The notes under the pieces were generated by a model that was given only the letters and a program-made list of their open reading frames with translations, was not told the origin of the DNA and did no database searches. Both the position numbers and the translations under genes were made by a program. A DNA stretch of 64,000 nt from Podarcis filfolensis (Eukaryota): the NCBI GenBank assembly GCA_964270895.1, contig OZ185435.1; one strand, 5' to 3'. Shown in pieces: positions 1 through 12,741 of the stretch. Position 1 is the first letter of the stretch; each line of letters starts with the position of its first letter.

Positions 1-135
1 TTGGGGCAGGAGCAGAAGAAAACGCATGATAATACAATCTTTAAAAAATATATGAGTATTTCGCAATGAAATTTGGTTTTATGTCTACCACTGTCTCAAA
101 TTCCTCTAATATTAAGTAATTTATAATTGGAATAT

Positions 136-488
136 TGTGGGACGTGGGTGGCGCTGTGGGTTAAACCACAGAGCCTAGGACTTGCCAATCAGAAGGTCAG
201 CGTTTCAAATCCCTGCAACGGGGTGAGCTCCCGTTGCTCGGTCCCTGCTCCTGCCAACCTACCACTTTGAAAGCACGCCAAAGTGCAAGTAGGTAAATAG
301 GTACCACTCTGACGGGAAGGTGAACTCGTTTCTGTGTGCTGCTCTGGTTCTCCAGAAGCTGCTTAGTCATGCTGGCCACATGACCTGGAAGCTGTACGCC
401 GGCTCCCTCAGCCAATAAAGCGAGATGAGCGCCGCAACCTCAGAGTCAGTCATGACTGGACCTAATGGTCAGGGGTCCCTTTACCTTT
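136..488 (+). mobile_element. Full-length Sauria SINE (Squam1 / lacertid POM-type)
   Basis: tRNA-like head GGGACGTGGGTGGCGCTGTGG with A box and degenerate B box, ...GGTCAGGGGTCCCTTTACCTTT tail; 12-bp TSD TAATTGGAATAT at 124-135 and 489-500. Confidence 0.92.
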
Positions 489-2289
489 TAATTGGAATAT
501 AGAAAACATTATTTCATCTGGTATGGAATTGCCTTGCTTTTATCACTCACAGTTTGCAGAGACTCCACATGGTATCATCATCCACTTCTAATCATCCCAT
601 GTTTTCCCAGTGCTTCTATCTTTTTTATTATCACAGAAAGTCTGGCATCTATGGACTGCTCTTCCAGTCTTCTCAATCACCACACATGTCCTTAGTGCTA
701 CTCTTCCATCTTTAAGAGGGGGCGTTTTGAGATACCACAACTTGGCATGCATACACTATAACCTTAGTGGTAGGCATCATTTTATAACATTGTTCAATCT
801 TTCTCTCAAATAACAACCCAAGCACTTACCTGGATAAATCTCTTTTTCACGTATTAAATTGTTAGTAAAATACTTCTTAAATAAGAGTGCTGTACAGTAG
901 TTATATAATGTTATAATATAATGCCAATTTAAAAAATAGATAGAAAACAATCTTTCTGGTTTGCCACTATTTTAGAAATATGCTCTTTCACCTATAAAAT
1001 CTACACTTTCAGTCCAAAACAAACTTTAAACGTGTTTTTTGACATTTCCTGGGTAGTAATGGGCAATCATGCTTAAATGAGGACAATAATTTATTTTTTT
1101 AGGGATCATTTGGATTCTCTGCCCCCCTCCCCCCATGACTGCTTAGAGGCCTTTCTGATCCCCAGTAGCTATTTCATGCCCACTGATCATAGTGGGATGA
1201 GCATAAATGAAAAGTGCAATATGTCTATTAGTGTGGAAAATCCACTGCAAATCTGCTGATAGTTCAGTGGAAGAACAGTGATTTAATCATGCTAGGAGCC
1301 ACCCATCTGGGAGCAGCCCAGGATAGCTTGGCTTATGATACAGAACATGTTGGTCTAATGATCATTTTATTTTCCTTAGCATTCACATGAATCAATGTGT
1401 GTAATTTGATACTGTCACCGGATGTGGGGTAAGCATAAAAAAGGGAACAGGGAAGGGAAAGGGCAGACTAGGGCTTATGACTTATAGCAAAACTGCTGTG
1501 CACGTTTCAAATGGAAAGAGGAATGCCTCACAGTTTCTTATCTGGTGGGAAATCTTTCCATGTTCTTCAATGGATAATTGTATTTAATTTTTTGTTTATT
1601 TAAAATTATGAGCTTTTGGCACTCGAAGCAGTTTACAACAATAATGAAAACTATGCAGCAGTCACTGCAAAAATAGAATACAGTTAAAATCATCTTAATT
1701 AAAATTGAGAAAGCAGCTAGACAAGATCATGAATGCCACAGGTTACTACAGCCTCCTCTTGGGCTGTATTGCTTCATTGTGCATTGAAAGCTGCAGATAT
1801 GCACTGTATAATTAAGCATTCAGTCATTGGTTTGACTGAATGAGACAGAGGTAGCAGTAGCAGTAGCAATGTAGGTGATGTAATCAACTTCTGTTGATAA
1901 AAGTGTGCAAAACTTTATATTTTGGAAGAGTGAGAAGAACGCAATTAAGGACCAAAGACCTTTACATGTTAACTAGTAGAAATTCGTCCTCTTGGGGGTT
2001 TATTGTTCCAAATGTATCACTCCATGTATCTGATGAAATGAACTGTAGTCCACTGAAGCTCATGCTGTGATAAATTTGATATTCTTTAAGGCGCCATGAA
2101 TCTTTTTGTTATATTAGTTGTCATCCATGTAAAAACATGTGAGCTTGGCCCCTTGACTTTCCTATATAACACGTTGTCTGCTTTCTTGTGTCTCCCTCTT
2201 CAAATGGTGAACATAAAATATGCTTCTGCTTTTACCTTGTGTTGGATGCAAAGGAGGGCTGTGCCGCAGAGTGCTCTAGCTAGCCCTCA

Positions 2290-2400
2290 CAGAGTTGGAA
2301 GGGACCATGAGGGTCATGTAGTACAACCCCCTGTAGGAATCTTATGCCCAATGTGGGAATTGAACCCATGACCCTGAGATTACAACTGAGCTATCCCAGC
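2290..2400 (-). mobile_element. tRNA-Lys-head / CR1-tail SINE, internally deleted copy
   Basis: Minus strand reads AATCTCAGGGTCATGGGTTCAATTCCCACATTGGGCA (tRNA-Lys-CTT 3' half) joined to a CR1-like tail; same family as 51020-51154. Confidence 0.65.
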
Positions 2401-2511
2401 TGAGTCACTTCCACATGATCTGCTGAGCATTTATTCTGATGTGTGTATGTGTGTGTCATACAATGACCACAGTTTGAGCACTTGTTCTGATTTGTATGTG
2501 AGGAAGTTGTG

Positions 2512-3297
2512 TGTCAAGACCCCAAGGCCTCTCCCCCCCCCCATAAAGAATAATGACACATGTACACAGTATATTAGGTTAATGGTTATTGGGCAAAATT
2601 TAGGCCACAACTTTATTGGTTACAGAATGTGAGTGGTATTGGCTTAGGCACTGGAAAATGAGCAGACTATATCTGACTCCTGCCCGCCGTGCAGGGAGTC
2701 CTGTAAGGGTAAACCACCAATAGGGGGAGCCCCCCGATGCGCATTGACTCGAGCTCCCCCATGGTTCCCGATGGGGTTGTGGCATGGCCCTAGCCCCTCC
2801 ACAGACTTCGGACAAGATCCACACCCCCGGACTCCTTTATCAGAATACCCTTCAACATGGAGGGGCAGGTGATGGCCACACTTCCCCTCCCCCAACAGAG
2901 TCATACCAATGCCTAACCGCCAAACCTTACAAAGTTGTGATGATTGCTATGTGGTAGGTGAAAACCAAATGGCCAGTGCCAATTTGCCAGATGGAAAAAA
3001 TTCCTACCAGGCCCGTCAACAGCGACCAACCACAGTCCATAGGAAGGCCAAAGCTGAAAAACCTGGAAAAGGGGAGGGAGGGAGATCCGAGGACGTGAGC
3101 CAGAGGAAGCTCCCTGGCTCGCACCGGTGATTAAATGCAGCCGGCCACACACCCCGGCCAGCCGGATTGGCAGCCAGGCAATGATGTGGCCAGGTCTCCC
3201 CGATGACGCGGGATGTTCTTCACGTCCCGACACCAGCAGGCAGCCATGTGGTCAGACTGCAACCCCGCCCTGCTTGAAAGCAGAGCGGATTTGTACA
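2512..3297 (-). mobile_element. Putative solo LTR (ERV- or Gypsy-like)
   Basis: GC/CpG-rich island with TG...CA ends (TGTCAA / TTGTACA); on the minus strand CCAAT (~3165), TTTAAT TATA-like box (~3133) and AATAAA (~2612) occur in LTR order. No TSD found. Confidence 0.45.
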
Positions 3298-3829
3298 ACA
3301 CCACATCAAGCAATTGTTATGTAACACTTTCTAGTGCATTTTCCTATTGCTTTTCTTACCGCAAAAAGTCCAGTTTTTTCAAAATAGCAGGTGGTTGTGC
3401 AAGAGTGCCAAATCCACTTCAGTAGCGCAATCTGAATTTGCTTGTATGAGATTGAATCTCACCTGTGACATAGCAGCAGTCTGCAAGTGGCATAGGTTTG
3501 CAAGTTGCTGTAGGTGGACAGGTGTGGATGAAAGGAGATGGATATGCCCTTTATACAACATCTGATTCAGGTACCTATATGCCCCCCCCCCTTTGCAGCT
3601 ATAATATCTGTGTTGGAGGGCAGTTTGTATCAGGTCAGTGGAGGGGGTGGTCAGAGTTTATTTCTGCTCCTTGTCCTGCAACCCCAATCAAAATTCCGCT
3701 GGTTGCTTTTGAGATAAATATGTTGGGCATTCTGTTCAGTACACTTGTGTACTGGGGCACTCTCATTCTTCCTGTTTAATTTTATGTATATAAATAGGCT
3801 TATCAACAAGCCTTTTAAGTTGAGATATT

Positions 3830-3950
3830 TCCCTGTCTGCATCTGTATTGAAATTGTTCTAACAATGTTTTATTGTTTTATTGCTTGTTTTATTGCTGAG
3901 CTCCTTTGTGAGGAAGGGTAAGATATACATGTAATAAATATATAAAAAAT
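3830..3950 (+). mobile_element. L2-like LINE 3' tail remnant
   Basis: ttttattg repeats, gctgagctcctttgtgaggaagggtaagatatacatgtaataaata, typical of squamate L2 ends. Confidence 0.4.
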
Positions 3951-5452
3951 AGTAGTAGTTATACTAGTTACAGATTGTGGGTAGTGGATGTGGGTGCTAA
4001 CATCTTATAAAAAATTAAATAGCTCTTAAAGTGGATATAGTAAATGAACAAAAATAAATGATCTCAGACTCCATTCATTTGATGTAGACTTGCTCTCCAC
4101 CCTTTCCTATTACCTTCTGGTTTTTATTCTTATGTTATTTGCTGTCAAACTATGCCCTGTTCTTATCAGTCTGTGGTTATTTTACAGGAAATAGTTGTAC
4201 ATCAAACAGAAAAGAAAACCATGCTTAATAATTCAGCTACTCTGCCTCCATATTAACTGCTTGTGTGCTTAATATTATGTACTGTTAAGTTTCCATTAAA
4301 GCTCACTCTTGAACAGTGGATCCACTTTCCTAAGAAAGCTGACTTGATGCATATTTGCTATTGAATGGTTATTGACTATGGTTGTTGTTTTTTCTAATAA
4401 TGGGTTTCCTTTTGTAGCAGAGGAACTTGCAGGCACAGATCCTGCTGCTCTGCAGCATGGTTATAGCTGACTCAAAGATATACTGCTACTTCTGAGCCCA
4501 ACAAGATCAGGTGGTTTGAGACACAAATATCATCCCACCTGGTTTTATAGAATGGTCTTGCTCCTTAATTTGACCAGCCTGCTGTTGAGTATAGGTAAAG
4601 CTGTTTACAGTCTTCCTGGAAGCCCTACAGGGACCACTTGCGAGGCCCAACTGAAGGGATTTGGAAAATTTTTGCAGTGTGGCATGGAGATCAGGTTAGC
4701 AATGTGGGAAGAGTCAGAAATTCTACTGGCATAGCCAAGTCCCTTGCAGGAGCCCAAGCAGTTTTGCAAACTTTGTGGTGTGTATGCTAACTCTAAATGT
4801 TGCATTTTGTTTATTTTGTATGCAAGTCCTCCTGACCTTCTGTTTGTGGTTTCTTAAAAGGAAATAAATAGTTGTGTTTCAAACCAGAAATTTAAACTTA
4901 GTAACCTGGATATAAAGTTCCTTTTGCTTTTAAGTGCCTGACTACAAGTGTGCTGTAGAGCAGGCTGTGCCCCCACGTGGCTGCTTGGGTTTGGGGAGGA
5001 ACAGGTGATAGAAACTACAGCTGCCTCATTGCTGACTGCAGTAGGGAATTTAAAGGTTGTCCACTGATCTCTGGATTGTGACTTAGTAAGCCTAATAAGG
5101 AATGAGACCCTTGGTTCTCCTCTCTCCTCACTACATTGGCAGAGTTAGGGGGAAATAGGACAGTATGTTCTGTCCTATTAAACAGCAGGTTCCTGACTCA
5201 AAATTCTAATTTTGGTTTTGAGTCGAGAGCTGTATAATGAAGAGATTTCACCAATGTGAAAATGTTCTGTGATTGCAGAACACATAATAACCAGTTTGAA
5301 TGTACCCTGCCCCCTCAGCAGCTTATATGTACAGTTGCTTTTTTTAAAAGCTGCTTTTGATTCTGGATGTAATAACACAAGTCCTGCACTTTTTGCAAGA
5401 CTGAGGGGCCAAGACTGGCACTTAAAAGAGGCTCAGATTGCCATGAATGTGT

Positions 5453-5665
5453 GAGAAGCCATGTGGTATAGTGTTTAGGTTAGAACGTCACACTAGAACT
5501 GGTTGTCCAGAGTTCAAATCCCTACTCAGCCATGAAGCTCACTGGGTGACCTTGGGGATAGGCACAGTGTTGTAGCCTAAACCACCTCGCAGGTTTTTTG
5601 TGAGGCAAAGATGGCGAACCATGTGTGCTGCTTGAGCTCCTTGGAGGAAAGGCAGGATATATAAC
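5453..5665 (+). mobile_element. Old CORE-SINE (Squam3A / Ther1-MIR-like)
   Basis: tRNA-like head (gtggtatagtg...gagttcaaatccc), CORE ctgggtgaccttggg, L2-type tail ggaggaaaggcaggatatata. Confidence 0.7.
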
Positions 5666-8034
5666 TTAAAGTGAAACAAACAAGTATATGAGTCTGTATC
5701 ACATCATCACTGATCTGCTGCTACAAATGTTGGCTCATTGCTCACCATTCCCCATGTTGGGGAACAAAGCAGCCTGCAGTTGTTTCCCTAGGATGGGAGG
5801 AGGTTGTAACTTCAGGGCACTTCCTTTTGCAGGTGTAACAGGAGGGAGAAGAAGTGGTAGAATGGGAGGAAGCAGCTCCCTAGACTACCCACTACTGCTG
5901 TGCCGCCGCCACTAAAGTACCTCCGGGGATAGAAAGCACCCTGCAGTTGCAACTTCTTCCCTAGTTCTCCCAACAGGAGGAGTGGGGAGGAGCAGAGGAA
6001 AGCAAAGAAGCAGCCAGAGAGTGCCTGCTGCATTTCACAGCATTGTATTCACTGGTATCCTGTAGATGCACAAACTTTTTTTAAAAAAAAGAGCTAAATG
6101 TGTTCACAACACATTTAAATTTCTCTTGAATATAAGTCTGTCTTGGGTTTAAAAACATTTGAGAATGTCATTTGTGGCACATTTTATGTTTGCATTTTGA
6201 TCACTCAGCATCACTGTACACAACTAGGCTAAAAGCCTTGTCTGTACCAGAAAAGCTTTGGAATTGCTTTGCCTTTGACATCACCTTTCTTAAAGTACTA
6301 TGAGAATTGAGAGCTGTAGCTCTGTTTAGAAGTCTCCTCCAAGCTGATTCTTATTAGTACTAAAAGAACAAAAGGGGTTTTCTTTTTCATTCTCCATGGG
6401 TGTTTTCCTGCCTTGATGCTTTCTAATGTGCCTGGAGAACTTAAAAGAAAAACCTGTCCAATCCTAGTTCAAAGCTTAGACTCTTTGTTCTAACACAAAG
6501 GACAGAGTTTGTCCCCAGCTCTTGGGCCTCATTTTTTTAAAAAAACCCAGTGCTTCCTTTTAGGCTGCCAAGCAAAACCTCACCTATTATCATCAGTAAC
6601 TTTACTTGTTAGGTAGTTGTTGATAATATAAAGCCTCCTGAAAATAGCAGAATTCCCCTGTATCTGTCTCCAATCCATGGCAATTGAAGGAGCTTTTTAG
6701 GTGACAGGCAGTATGCTATTTTGACACCTTTAGTTCCTGGAAGCTGGCAACAATGTGAATAAACCAAATAGGAAATCTTATTTCATGTCAGAGAGCTACA
6801 AATGTAGCCCAGGTGATTGACTGTGCCCTTCGAAATGCCTCTCTGGCAAGTCTGTTCCAAAATGCTTGAAGAGTAAGGCAAGGAGAAGAGCACTCTTCCC
6901 TTCCCTGGTTTCTCCCCAGCCCCCTAACAGACAGCTAACTTCAGACATCTGTCTTCAGCTAGAAAAAGCACCTTGATGATTAATTGTTGAATAACATACT
7001 GTGTGCAGTTGGAACAGGGTGTCCATACAGATATTCTACAAAGCAAACAATTGTTCCCAATTTGAGGCAAGCTAATTTTATTTGAGCAGTACATTTGGAG
7101 AAGGGGAGATATCTGCCTAAAACTCTATGTGTGTGACCAAGTAGAATTGCCTAAAGGCATCATCACCGTGGCATAAGATGCATGGTGTCCCTGCATTTCA
7201 TAGTTGGCGTTTTCCTTTTATGATATATTTAGATTGGTCTCAATGCTTGCATTATGGGGCAAAGGGTAGAAGATGTTAAGTAAATCCACAAGCCTCATAA
7301 TCCCTCAACAACTCCCATTGTGTTGGATAATTTGTGTTCCCCGGAACTTTGTAAATAGAGCAGTGTGGGTGGTTGGGGGCAGCCTCTTCTGGACCCCTTC
7401 CATTTAAGCTCTGATTTATCCAACTGTTTTAAGTATTTGCCATATTAAACCATAAATGCAATTGAGTAGTGGTGAGCACAAAGTGATCATGTTCTTCGAA
7501 CAACAACCACCCCATATTTTCTTACAGCCTTATTTTTACCAGGTTCTAAGGTACACAGATATGGGGTTTTTCCATGCTATTTCTGAGAGCACCTTTATAA
7601 ATTACGTTTGTTTAAAAGGCAAGTACTATTGTTATGGGTGTTTGCAGAAGTTCCCTAAGGAGGCGTGGAAGGGATGATCATCCACTCACCCACCCACCCA
7701 CACCAGAGAAAACAGAGAAAAGCTCTACAAGTTCTGGCCACTGTGTGATTACAAGGTTTGGGCACCAGATCTATGTGGGTAAACATGGTCTCTGAGTAAC
7801 TTGTTTCCAGGCCTGTTGTCTCCATAGTTTCTCACTGGGTGAAACTGCTGTTCATATATTAGGAGAACTGGCATCCAGATGACAGACTTTCTACAGCAAC
7901 AGAAACCCTCAGTTCTTTCCCTGCCTCCCTTCATTTCCTCCTGCTGTTAATTTTCCACAGCTTAACTCTTCAATTTAGGGCCCCATCCATACTTTAGTTG
8001 GATTTGAAATCCCGTGATTTCAACTCACAGGTTG

Positions 8035-8221
8035 GAGAGGATTTTTATGTGTGTCCCTCCTCTTTCCCTGAGAAAACCCGCTGTTTACTGCTGAATCAGA
8101 GCAAACGTCAATCCACAGAAAACCTGATTGATGTTTGTTCCAATTCAGCAGTAAACAGCAGGTTTTTCTAGGGAAAGTGGCAGGGGGGAAAAATCCCCTC
8201 TCAGATCCATGACTTATTTCC
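8035..8221. repeat. Long inverted repeat, probably a MITE remnant (Harbinger-like flank agggccccatccatac at ~7977)
   Basis: 52-bp arms 8062-8113 and 8126-8177, 44/52 complementary, 12-nt loop; weaker outer arms. Confidence 0.7.
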
Positions 8222-8439
8222 CCTCCCCCTTGGAGTGATCAGGGTTTAATGGTGCTGTGCTGCTAGTTAATGAAAAGTGCCCCTTACGTTCTGCTCTTCA
8301 AAATGTGTAAAGGGATAAGAGATTCATGTGCTGAGTACATGTAGGTGTGGTTAATAAATTATATATGATATATAATTTATTAATAAAGCATAGACATTTA
8401 TTGTAAATAAAAGATGGCCATACCATTTATCATTTAGAT

Positions 8440-8575
8440 CAGGCTTCCTCAACCTCGGCCCTCCAGATATTTTAGGCCTACAACTCCCATGATCCCTAGT
8501 TAGCAGGACTAGTGGTCAGGGGTGATGGGAATTGTAGTCTCAAAATATCTGGAGGGCCGAGGTTGAGGAAGCCTT
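8440..8575. mobile_element. 136-bp palindromic hAT (Charlie-type) MITE
   Basis: TIR CAGGCTTCCTCAACCTCGGCCCTCCAGAT at both ends; 8-bp TSD ATTTAGAT/GTTTAGAT. Confidence 0.85.
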
Positions 8576-9578
8576 GTTTAGATAGCAATATCTGAATAGC
8601 CTGCAATTTTATAAACATGGAATACTTCTTATTATATGCAAATTATTTGGAGTGTGTTAGATTGTGAATATATAAAAGGTTAAATATTTTCATTCCAAAT
8701 TAATTAGTATACAGTAGCTGTTACTTTTTTCATACTCATCACTAATATGTTTTATAAGTTTGGTCTTCTTTCTCACACACTTGTTCTAATCTAACTCTCT
8801 TTTTATTCATTATATATGTAATATACAGTGATTCATCTGATGCAAAAGCTACGTGAGAATGTGTTTGTGATCTGTAAAATATTTCTTGTCTTCTTCCACC
8901 CTTACCAAAGAACTTTTCATGGTATTCTATGACTGGTGCTGTTTGTATGAATAAGTGTGCCTTGCTTTGTGTGGCTGAATTTCTTTCTGATACCAGAACT
9001 CTCATTTTTATCCAGGTCTTATGAATATGAGTTACAAAAATCTCAGGGTAAGAAATAATCAAATAAAAATCACTCTATTTTTTACGGTTGTGTTACATAT
9101 TTAGGGCTATCATGCATATTATACCTATGCTGTGTGTCAGTTGTGTGGTTCTTTCTAACAAATCAATTGAGTCCCAGCCACCTTTTATCCATAATGTGGT
9201 ATGTCGGTGAACCAGTAGCAGGAAATACAGACCCCAGACAGCTAATGGAAGGAGGGGTTTTAATGGCTGTTTATCCAGATTTTTAAGGGGTGGTGAATTG
9301 TGCCTTGACGATCAGTCTAGACTGGGTGTGCATAGCAGGGAAAGCACAGCTACCAAATAAATTTATTATTATTATTATAATAATAAAAAAAACCTGATGA
9401 GTTGACACGGGTTAGGGCAGAGGGAAAATCATGCTATGCATCACTGATGTTGCAGACAATATCCAGGACTACTAAGCCATGTTTTGTCAAGCAAAATATG
9501 CCAATGAGAGGCAATATTGCATTTTAGTAAGTTGAAAATGTGGTATTTGTCTTTGCAGAGATGGATGAAATATCTGAC

Positions 9579-9581
<3 letters not shown>

Positions 9582-9630
<49 letters not shown>
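9582..9630. repeat. Compound (CT)n(CA)n microsatellite
   Basis: Directly visible. Confidence 0.95.
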
Positions 9631-11785
9631 TCCCTCCCTCTAACAGCAGAGATGCTAAAGGATGTTTGTCCGCAAGACTCAGTTCAAAGCTGCAACCAGA
9701 TTATATTCTGGCCAATTTTATTTATGTATGATCAAGTTGATAGAGGTGGGTTTCAGTAAGGAAAGGGACAAAGTCCTGTTTGGCTGTGTAGCTCACTGTA
9801 GTTACTTTGAAAAAGACATATATATTTTTAACCAACTTCACAGAATAGCAGGAAGAATAAAAGGTGGCTATTAGACCACAGTGTTGAACCACATCACAGT
9901 CAGCCCCAGCCTGTATTGCCAATGGTTCAAGTTGATGGGAGTTTTCATCCAACATCATCTGGAGGGTGACAGGTTCCCAATTCCTATTATAACTGGTCCT
10001 CAGCCTTTAGGTTAGATGAAAAAGAAAAACCATGTGCCTCATACATGCACAGATATAGGCCAAGCAGAAAGAGCATCAGTGGAAGCTAGCAGGCCAGCAA
10101 ATCTCATGCAGTATGTGTGTTCAGTCAGGGCACGGTGACAGCTAATTTTCTCAGTGCTTCCTGCTGTGAAGAACAGCTCAAGGACTCTCTTGAGCTTCTA
10201 TTCTCGAGGGTTTGGCTTCAGACAGTCTCAGAACCTCATTATCCCTCAGTTTTATTTAAATACCATTATTGAATAATTGATATCCAGTAAGTGTAGAAAG
10301 CATCTCTTCCAGTGTTCAGTGTCCCACAGAAAAGGGGGGAGGGGAGGAAGCATCCCTTGCTTTCATTTAGAAAACAAAACAAAAAACATCTTAGAACATA
10401 TTTCCAGAATGTGAGTTGTTACTTATAAACATCAGAAAAAAATGCAACTGTTAATGTTAATTGACACACCTCTGGGACATTATGTAAAGTGAATTTAAGG
10501 CATAAAACCCCATGGACACAGTGGATTGCAGAGATCTGCAGCCTTATACAAAAGTCATTGCAGGGATTTAAGATACAGTGTTTGTAATATTAAAGTATGC
10601 CTGATGAATTTTTCCAGAATTAGAAGTCATTTCCAGCTTAAATGCAACATACAGGTTATGGGACTTTTAAGAAGAGGGTTATTGTTTGGTTTGGGCTAAG
10701 AAATTATCAGTCAGAACCAACAAAATTTCCCCCTTCTGGCCATGAAATACTAGGTTACGTGCTGTGGCTGCTTAATGTTTAAAACAGAGTGCAGAGATAG
10801 TTAGCAACCATATTTAACCAAGTTCTATGAGAGAGTAAGGGACAACAAGATATTACAGCACTGGCCTGGCTTGCACATGACACCAAGCCACAGTTTAACA
10901 AACCACAAATCAAGACTGAATTGGCCACAGATGCTTTTCTTCTTAATTTCAGGGGTGTTTAAAGGAACTATTTTAATCAGGTTTAATGGCAAACATGAAA
11001 ATAAAATGCAGGAGAAAGTGGTTGGCAGTTTTGGAAACAGGACATATTTGTGTGTGTACAAAACACTTCCAAAGCACAGCTGCACGTATTTGATCCTATA
11101 TGGAACATAAGAATGATTGATTTGTTTGTAAAATCTGTGAGAGAGGGGCTTAAGAAATATTTGCATGCGTCAAAGATTTTTCTTCAGTTTGTCTACTTTT
11201 TCTGGTGTGGTCTGTACAATTTAATAATGTATGTGTCAAGTAAAAGGGATTTTGTTTTGTTTTTTTGTTTTAAACCAAGACCAAAAAAGAAACTCTTGCT
11301 TCTTTAGCTTCCATCATCTGGCAGATGAGTTCTAGGCTGAAGCAAAACAAATGTTTGTCTTAATTATCCTCTGCAAGGTCTAAAAATAGCAGATGAAGAA
11401 TTGCTGTAGAAGTCTTGGAAGAAAATGTTGACACTGAAGAGTTTAGTTTCTATTTAAAGTAGTTTGTCTCCGCCAGTATCACACCTACTTATTAACATCT
11501 TGTTTCTTCATTTTAAACTAAAGCAAAGTATACTTCTAACATGCAGAAGCAACACTAAGCTGTCCATCAAGTCTATAGAAAGTAGGAGTTGGGAGTACAA
11601 CCTGTCCTATCAAGTCTTTACTGCTCATTACAAAAATATCCTCCCACTTATTTTCTGTCAACTCCTTTTGCTGATACGGCTCATCCACAAGTATATTTTA
11701 AACTTTTATCTGGGTTGGTGGGAAGGGGAGGTCACAGACTCAGAGGTTAATTTAGTTGAACTGGCCTTATGCCAAGCCATAGGGT

Positions 11786-11953
11786 CAGCGGCGTAGCGTG
11801 GGGGTGCAGGGGGGGCCAGCCGCACCGGGCGCAACATCTGGGGGTTAGGGTTAGGGGGTGCAAATCCGCGGGTTAGGGGGCGCAAATCCACGGGTTAGGG
11901 GGTGCAAATTACTTGCCTTGCCCCGGGTGCTGACAACCCATGCTACGCCACTG
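11786..11953. mobile_element. 168-bp hAT (Tip100-type) MITE containing TTAGGG-bearing 22-bp tandem units
   Basis: TIR CAGCGGCGTAGCGTGGG vs CAGTGGCGTAGCATGGG (15/17); perfect 8-bp TSD CATAGGGT at 11778-11785 and 11954-11961. Confidence 0.9.
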
Positions 11954-12460
11954 CATAGGGTATACCTTTATAACACTAAGCAGAACAGGTTTTATACCAA
12001 TGTGAAATCAAAGTACCGGTAGCTGCCATCATTCTGTTGCATTTTCTATCAGGCTAGGAAGGTGCCAGGTTAACCCTGAAGACATAGCTTGAGCACCACT
12101 CCTAGTTAGCATAGAGATAATAGGAAATCTCATCATTTCCACAGTAAGCATTATAACTACTTCGTTGCTTGACAACGCAAATAGGTTTGACCATTGCATT
12201 GTGCTGTTTTACAAGTGATGAGTCAGGGATGCTGGGTCAGGTCGAGTAAGACCGAGTGAATGCCTGGATTACTGTACAGGTAGTGAATCATCCTGCTGAG
12301 AACATGCTTTGAGTGGATGGGGTCATGAGTGTAACAGAGTTATTTCATATGTGCTCTTCATTCTAAAAGTTGAAAAAATTGTCAATTTCAAGCTGAAATG
12401 TCACTTTGTGACAAAATGGCACCAGTCTCATGGAGAAAAAACAAATAGTGTGCTCTGAGT

Positions 12461-12741
12461 CAGAAGCGTAGCTGGGGGGGGGCCACTGGCTGCCACACTG
12501 TGGCATGTGCCGTGTGGCAGTGACACGGTGGCTCAGGCGCCTGCAGGCTCACAGTGAGGGGCTTGCGCCTGCCTGCCATCTCTTCCTCAGCTGCCGTACA
12601 GCTGAGGGGGAGGCAGCGGCAAGGCTCTGTGCCCTGGCTTGCCCCACCCAATAGGAGGCTTGCCCTAACCCCATGGGCAGCTCATCTGGGCGCAGGGCAT
12701 GTGTACTGCCCTGGGCACCTGGGCGGCTAGCTGTGCCACTG
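12461..12741. mobile_element. 281-bp hAT (Tip100-type) non-autonomous element
   Basis: Degenerate TIRs CAGAAGCGTAGCT / CAGTGGCACAGCT; perfect 8-bp TSD CTCTGAGT at 12453-12460 and 12742-12749; GC-rich. Confidence 0.85.

Noticed and set aside
3528-3570. Possible upstream coding exon (MKGDGYALYTTSDS, phase-1 donor CAG|GTACCT) that would splice in frame to 16383
   Set aside because: Weak donor and Kozak context, no family similarity, and ATG 16391 already gives an N-terminus of the expected length.
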